A stretch of DNA of 64,000 bases. It comes from Candidatus Dadabacteria bacterium. GTDB taxonomy: Bacteria; Desulfobacterota_D; UBA1144; Nemesobacterales; Nemesobacteraceae. Below are positions 60,447-64,000 of this stretch, in pieces (position 1 is the first letter of the stretch; the number at the start of each line of letters is the position of its first letter). The translations under genes were made by a program, and so were the position numbers. The notes beneath the pieces are model-generated. The model was not told the origin of the DNA, made no database searches, and saw only the letters and a program-made list of their open reading frames with translations. The stretch spans positions 23,141-87,140 of the forward strand of contig JAJECI010000001.1 of the NCBI GenBank assembly GCA_022822065.1. Direction: 5' to 3'.

Positions 60447-61405
60447 TCGGCAAGGCAGCCGAGGGATTCCTTGTAATCGCTCTGCGTTATCTCGTCCAGA
60501 GATTTTTTCGCTTCAACTACAAACTCTTTTGCCCGCTGTCTGGTCAAATCGACCCCGCGGTAGTGGGCTACTATCTGCGTTATCTCCGCTATCTCGGAGC
60601 TATCGAGATCATCTTCCTTATCAAGCGTTTCGATCACTTTGCGTTTCACGTCCCCCGGGGCGTTTTCAATTGAGTAGTAAAGCGGGAGGGTCATCTTCCG
60701 CTCAGCCAGGTCCTGTCCGGTCTTTTTCCCGAACTTGTTTTCCTCGGAACAGTAATCAAGCGCGTCGTCTATAAGCTGAAACGCTATTCCTATGTTGCGT
60801 CCGTAGTGTGAAAGAGCCTTGACCGCTCCGTTTGAAGTATTAGCCAGAAGCGCTCCGGTCTCGGTCGAGCACTCAATGAGCGCGGCCGTTTTGTGGTCAA
60901 TCACGGAAAAACAGAAATCCTCCGAGATCTCAACCATTTTTCTTTCGCTCATGATCTCAAGCACATGGCCCTCGGCAAGGCGCGACGAGGCCCTGGAAAC
61001 CACCCTCAGGAGTTCGAGACTGCCGCAGCTGTATATAAGCTCAAGACCCCGGGCCAGCATAAAATCTCCCACGAGCACGGTGGGTTTGTTTCCCCAGACC
61101 ATATTGGAAGAGGCGTTTCCCCTTCTGAACTCCGCCTGGTCAACCACATCGTCGTGAAAAAGGGTGCCGGCGTGGAAAAGTTCAATCCCGGCGGCGGCCG
61201 CGATCCGGTCTTCCCCATCGGCAAGCCCGCAGGCGGCGCTTGAGAGAAGAACGAGGGAAGGCCTGATTCTCTTTCCTCCCCCGCCAAGCAGATACTTGGC
61301 TATTTCGTAAACCAGAGGAACATCGGATTTTATAAATTCATCGATTTTCCTCTCCGTTTCCGCTAGGCTCGGGTGAATTATCTCAATTATGTCTGAGAAC
61401 TCCAT
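60422..61405 (-). CDS. ispB: Polyprenyl diphosphate synthase (octaprenyl/heptaprenyl).
   Basis: FARM LFHDDVVDQAEFRRG and SARM GIAFQLIDDALD motifs. Confidence 0.85.
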   Translation of the reverse strand: MEFSDIIEIIHPSLAETERKIDEFIKSDVPLVYEIAKYLLGGGGKRIRPSLVLLSSAACGLADGEDRIAAAAGIELFHAGTLFHDDVVDQAEFRRGNASSNMVWGNKPTVLVGDFMLARGLELIYSCGSLELLRVVSRASSRLAEGHVLEIMSERKMVEISEDFCFSVIDHKTAALIECSTETGALLANTSNGAVKALSHYGRNIGIAFQLIDDALDYCSEENKFGKKTGQDLAERKMTLPLYYSIENAPGDVKRKVIETLDKEDDLDSSEIAEITQIVAHYRGVDLTRQRAKEFVVEAKKSLDEITQSDYKESLGCLADYVAERNF

Positions 61406-61535
61406 CGGACGGTTAGACTATATGAACCGACCCGACAAGTCAAAGACTGGACACCACCGTTAACCTGATGTAAGTTTCCTTTTTCAAAGGGAATTTTTCG
61501 TAAAACAGCCCACAAGAGCGTAACGGTAAACCGTT

Positions 61536-62072
61536 TTGAACCTGTTTGATATCTTACTCTTATTCATGATCTTGGTCTGCTTCGGGGCAGGACTCAGGTC
61601 AGGCCTTATAAAGCAGATTTTCTCCCTGACCGCCATAATAGGGGGAGTAGCGCTGGGCTTTTTCTTCTATGAGCCGCTGGGGACCATCCTGCTCGAAAAA
61701 AACATTATCGCCGAACCGAGAATCGCCGATATTCTGGGATTCGTGATCGTAGCCTGCCTTGCGTACATGCTCATACATTATCTTTCCCATTTCCTTACAG
61801 ACCTGCTGGAAAAGATCAGGATGGGATGGATTAACCACCTCCTCGGCGGAGCGATAGGCTTTATAGTCGGCCTGCTGCTCTGCTACCTGGCGGTAACCGG
61901 GGTCAAGCAGTTTGTGGATGAGGATGCTCCTTTCCTCAGAAACTCCGTTCTGGCCCCAAAAATCATCACCGGATATCACATTATCAGGGAACAGGCGCCG
62001 GGGGATCTTGACGAGGGCCTGGAAAAACTGCGGGAACTGCGGGAAGAAAAACTGGAGCCAGGCTTCGAGTGA
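61536..62072 (+). CDS. cvpA: CvpA-family membrane protein.
   Basis: Four TM helices and CvpA-like N-terminal MNLFDILLLFMILVCFGAGLRSGL. Confidence 0.7.
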   Translation: MNLFDILLLFMILVCFGAGLRSGLIKQIFSLTAIIGGVALGFFFYEPLGTILLEKNIIAEPRIADILGFVIVACLAYMLIHYLSHFLTDLLEKIRMGWINHLLGGAIGFIVGLLLCYLAVTGVKQFVDEDAPFLRNSVLAPKIITGYHIIREQAPGDLDEGLEKLRELREEKLEPGFE

Positions 62073-62274
62073 GCGAGGATGAACCGCGGAATCCTGATAG
62101 CAGTTTCTCCGCGGCACCGCCCAGAAATCCCGCCCCTCTGGGCACCTTTTGAGGCCGAAGCATTTTTCTTCAGTCACCGTTAATCAACACTCCCTTAATT
62201 AACTGCGCCGATTCAGTTAGACTCTTACGGGAAGAGCGTTTTGTCCATGGCCTTTCTCTAGAACAACTCGCGAC

Positions 62275-63294
62275 ATGGTTTCGATAACTACTCTTGACGA
62301 ATTCATCATAAGAAATCAGTATGAATTTCCCTATTCCACCGGGGAGCTCTCAAGACTGCTTCGGGATATAGGGTTCGCGGCGAAAATAGTTCACAGGGAA
62401 GTAAACAAAGCCGGTCTGGTCGCGGATATTCTGGGCAAAACAGGCCAGGTAAATATCCAGGGAGAAGAGGTAAGAAAACTCGATTCCTACGCGAACGAAA
62501 AGTTCCTGACCGCGCTTGAACATGGCGGAGAATGCGCGGGGGTGGCGTCCGAGGAAAACGAGGATTTCATAGCATTTTCCGACGAGAACTCGAGAAACTC
62601 GAAATACGTCATAGCGATCGATCCTCTCGACGGGTCCTCCAACATAGACGTTAACGTGTCGGTGGGAACCATATTCTCCATATACAGGAGAACGTCCAAG
62701 ATGTTCTCCCCGTGCCTCAAGGAGGATTTCCTGCAGCCGGGCAAGGCCCAGACAGCCGCCGGATACATAATATACGGTTCTTCTACCATGCTGGTGTACA
62801 CTACCGGCCACGGAGTGAACGGGTTTACCCTTGACCCGTCGATAGGAGAATTCTGTCTCTCCCATCCGAACATAAAGATCCCGAGCCACGGCAGTATCTT
62901 CTCGGTCAACTACTATAACTACTCGAAATTCCCGGACAGAGTAAGGGAGTATCTCGATCACTGCAGGGACGGGGAAGGCAGTTCCAGCCTATCGCTTCGC
63001 TATGTCGGGTCCATGGTCGCCGATATACACAGGAACCTGCTCAAGGGAGGAATATTCCTCTATCCACGGACTTCGGACTCTCCGGACGGAAAACTCAGGC
63101 TTCTCTACGAGTGCAATCCGATGGCCTTCATCGTGGAGCAGGCAGGAGGAGCGTCGTCAAGCGGAACGGAAAGAACTCTTGACATTCAGCCGACGGAACT
63201 TCACCAGAGAACCCCCATATATATCGGTTCCTACAATATGGTAAGCAAGTTTGTAAACTTCTTAAAAGACGCCAAAGAACCCGAGGAGGAGTGA
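62275..63294 (+). CDS. fbp: Fructose-1,6-bisphosphatase class 1.
   Basis: …[25 protein letters not shown]… metal-binding motif and [21 protein letters not shown]. Confidence 0.9.
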   Translation: MVSITTLDEFIIRNQYEFPYSTGELSRLLRDIGFAAKIVHREVNKAGLVADILGKTGQVNIQGEEVRKLDSYANEKFLTALEHGGECAGVASEENEDFIAFSDENSRNSKYVIAIDPLDGSSNIDVNVSVGTIFSIYRRTSKMFSPCLKEDFLQPGKAQTAAGYIIYGSSTMLVYTTGHGVNGFTLDPSIGEFCLSHPNIKIPSHGSIFSVNYYNYSKFPDRVREYLDHCRDGEGSSSLSLRYVGSMVADIHRNLLKGGIFLYPRTSDSPDGKLRLLYECNPMAFIVEQAGGASSSGTERTLDIQPTELHQRTPIYIGSYNMVSKFVNFLKDAKEPEEE

Positions 63295-63297
63295 AAA

Positions 63298-64000
63298 ATG
63301 GATGAAAAAATAAGCTTCGGGCTTACAGCCCCCCTTCCGGGCAAGCCGGTTACGGAACTCGTGGACTTCGCCGTCAGCTGCGAGGCGGCCGGTTTCGACG
63401 CCGTATGGTATCCAGACCACATACTGTTTATGGCGAAAAAACTGACCCCCGAAGTGTGGTCGGTAATCACGGCCGCGGCGGTAAAGACGGGCAGAATACG
63501 CCTTGGGGCCATAGGGGACCCCCACAGGTCTCATCCCGCGATGTTCGCCCACAGGCTCGCGACCATAGACAATCTCTCGGGGGGAAGAGCGTTCAGCTGC
63601 CTTGGGTACGGGGAGAAGATGAACCTTGACTACTACGGCATAAACTGGAACAGGCCTCTTGCGCGTTTGCGGGAGTCCGTGCCGCTTATGAGGCGGCTTT
63701 GGGCCGGGGAAGCGGTAACCTTCAAGGGGGAATTTTTCTCTCTAAGCGAAGCCGAAGTAAGAGTAAGCCCCGTCAACGGAGAAGTTCCGGTATACATAGC
63801 CGCGACCGGCCCGAAGGCTCTAGGGGTCGCTGGCACGCTCGGAAACGGCTGGGTAACAAACGCGATGCCCACATGGGTTTTTTCGAGCAAGCTCGGCGAA
63901 GTGGAAAAAGCCATGGGCGAGAATTCCGTTGCCCCGGAGAACTTTGAGAAGTGCATATACATTTTCGTGTCCATCGCCAGAGACAAGGACACGGCCTACG
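63298..64000 (+). CDS. Luciferase-like (LLM class) flavin-dependent oxidoreductase, 5' portion (truncated at the window end).
   Basis: …GFDAVWYPDHILF… and …RIRLGAIGDPH…, TIM-barrel LLM family. The ORF is open at 64000. Confidence 0.6.
   Translation, partial: MDEKISFGLTAPLPGKPVTELVDFAVSCEAAGFDAVWYPDHILFMAKKLTPEVWSVITAAAVKTGRIRLGAIGDPHRSHPAMFAHRLATIDNLSGGRAFSCLGYGEKMNLDYYGINWNRPLARLRESVPLMRRLWAGEAVTFKGEFFSLSEAEVRVSPVNGEVPVYIAATGPKALGVAGTLGNGWVTNAMPTWVFSSKLGEVEKAMGENSVAPENFEKCIYIFVSIARDKDTAY

Overview
This 64 kb window is a moderately GC-rich bacterial chromosome segment. It is mostly housekeeping genes, and the housekeeping backbone appears syntenic and unremarkable. The main genes are thrS, purC, phoH, purA-hisZ-serA, tatC, a CYTH/CHAD-ppk-ppx polyphosphate operon, dnaE, selO, uvrD/pcrA, ispE, pal-cpoB, hemL, atpZ/I/B/E, cca, xseA, thyX, queC-queE, mutA-mutB-meaB, ispB, fbp, and two tRNAs, tRNA-Val(GAC) and tRNA-Gln(TTG).

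A roughly 10 kb segment with visibly lower GC (about 3.3-13.6 kb) lies between an oxidoreductase gene and phoH. It carries a stack of defence-type genes: a DUF262/DUF1524 nuclease of the GmrSD/SspE/BrxU family, a small HTH gene coupled to a C5-cytosine methyltransferase plus Vsr, a Panacea-domain toxin-antitoxin-like pair, and a tightly coupled four-gene operon at 8.4-12.2 kb.

That operon is the strongest candidate for an undescribed defence system. It is driven by a near-consensus promoter and encodes a 76-aa protein, a 641-aa GHKL/MORC-like ATPase with a PEPG-rich linker, and two proteins with no recognisable domains.

Other observations worth a second look:
- An apparent frameshift splits ppk1 inside a GGCCGG repeat.
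- A secreted protein carries two eukaryote-type SRCR domains.
- A solo TnpB (IS200/IS605-type) element, flanked by 18-bp inverted repeats, sits directly upstream of a LolB-like gene.
- A CobB/sirtuin homologue has lost its catalytic residues.
- An ANL-superfamily N-domain protein has lost its P-loop.
- The ThyX is tandem-domain.
- An AtpZ-like ORF lacks a canonical start codon.

No CRISPR array, integrase or rRNA was found.
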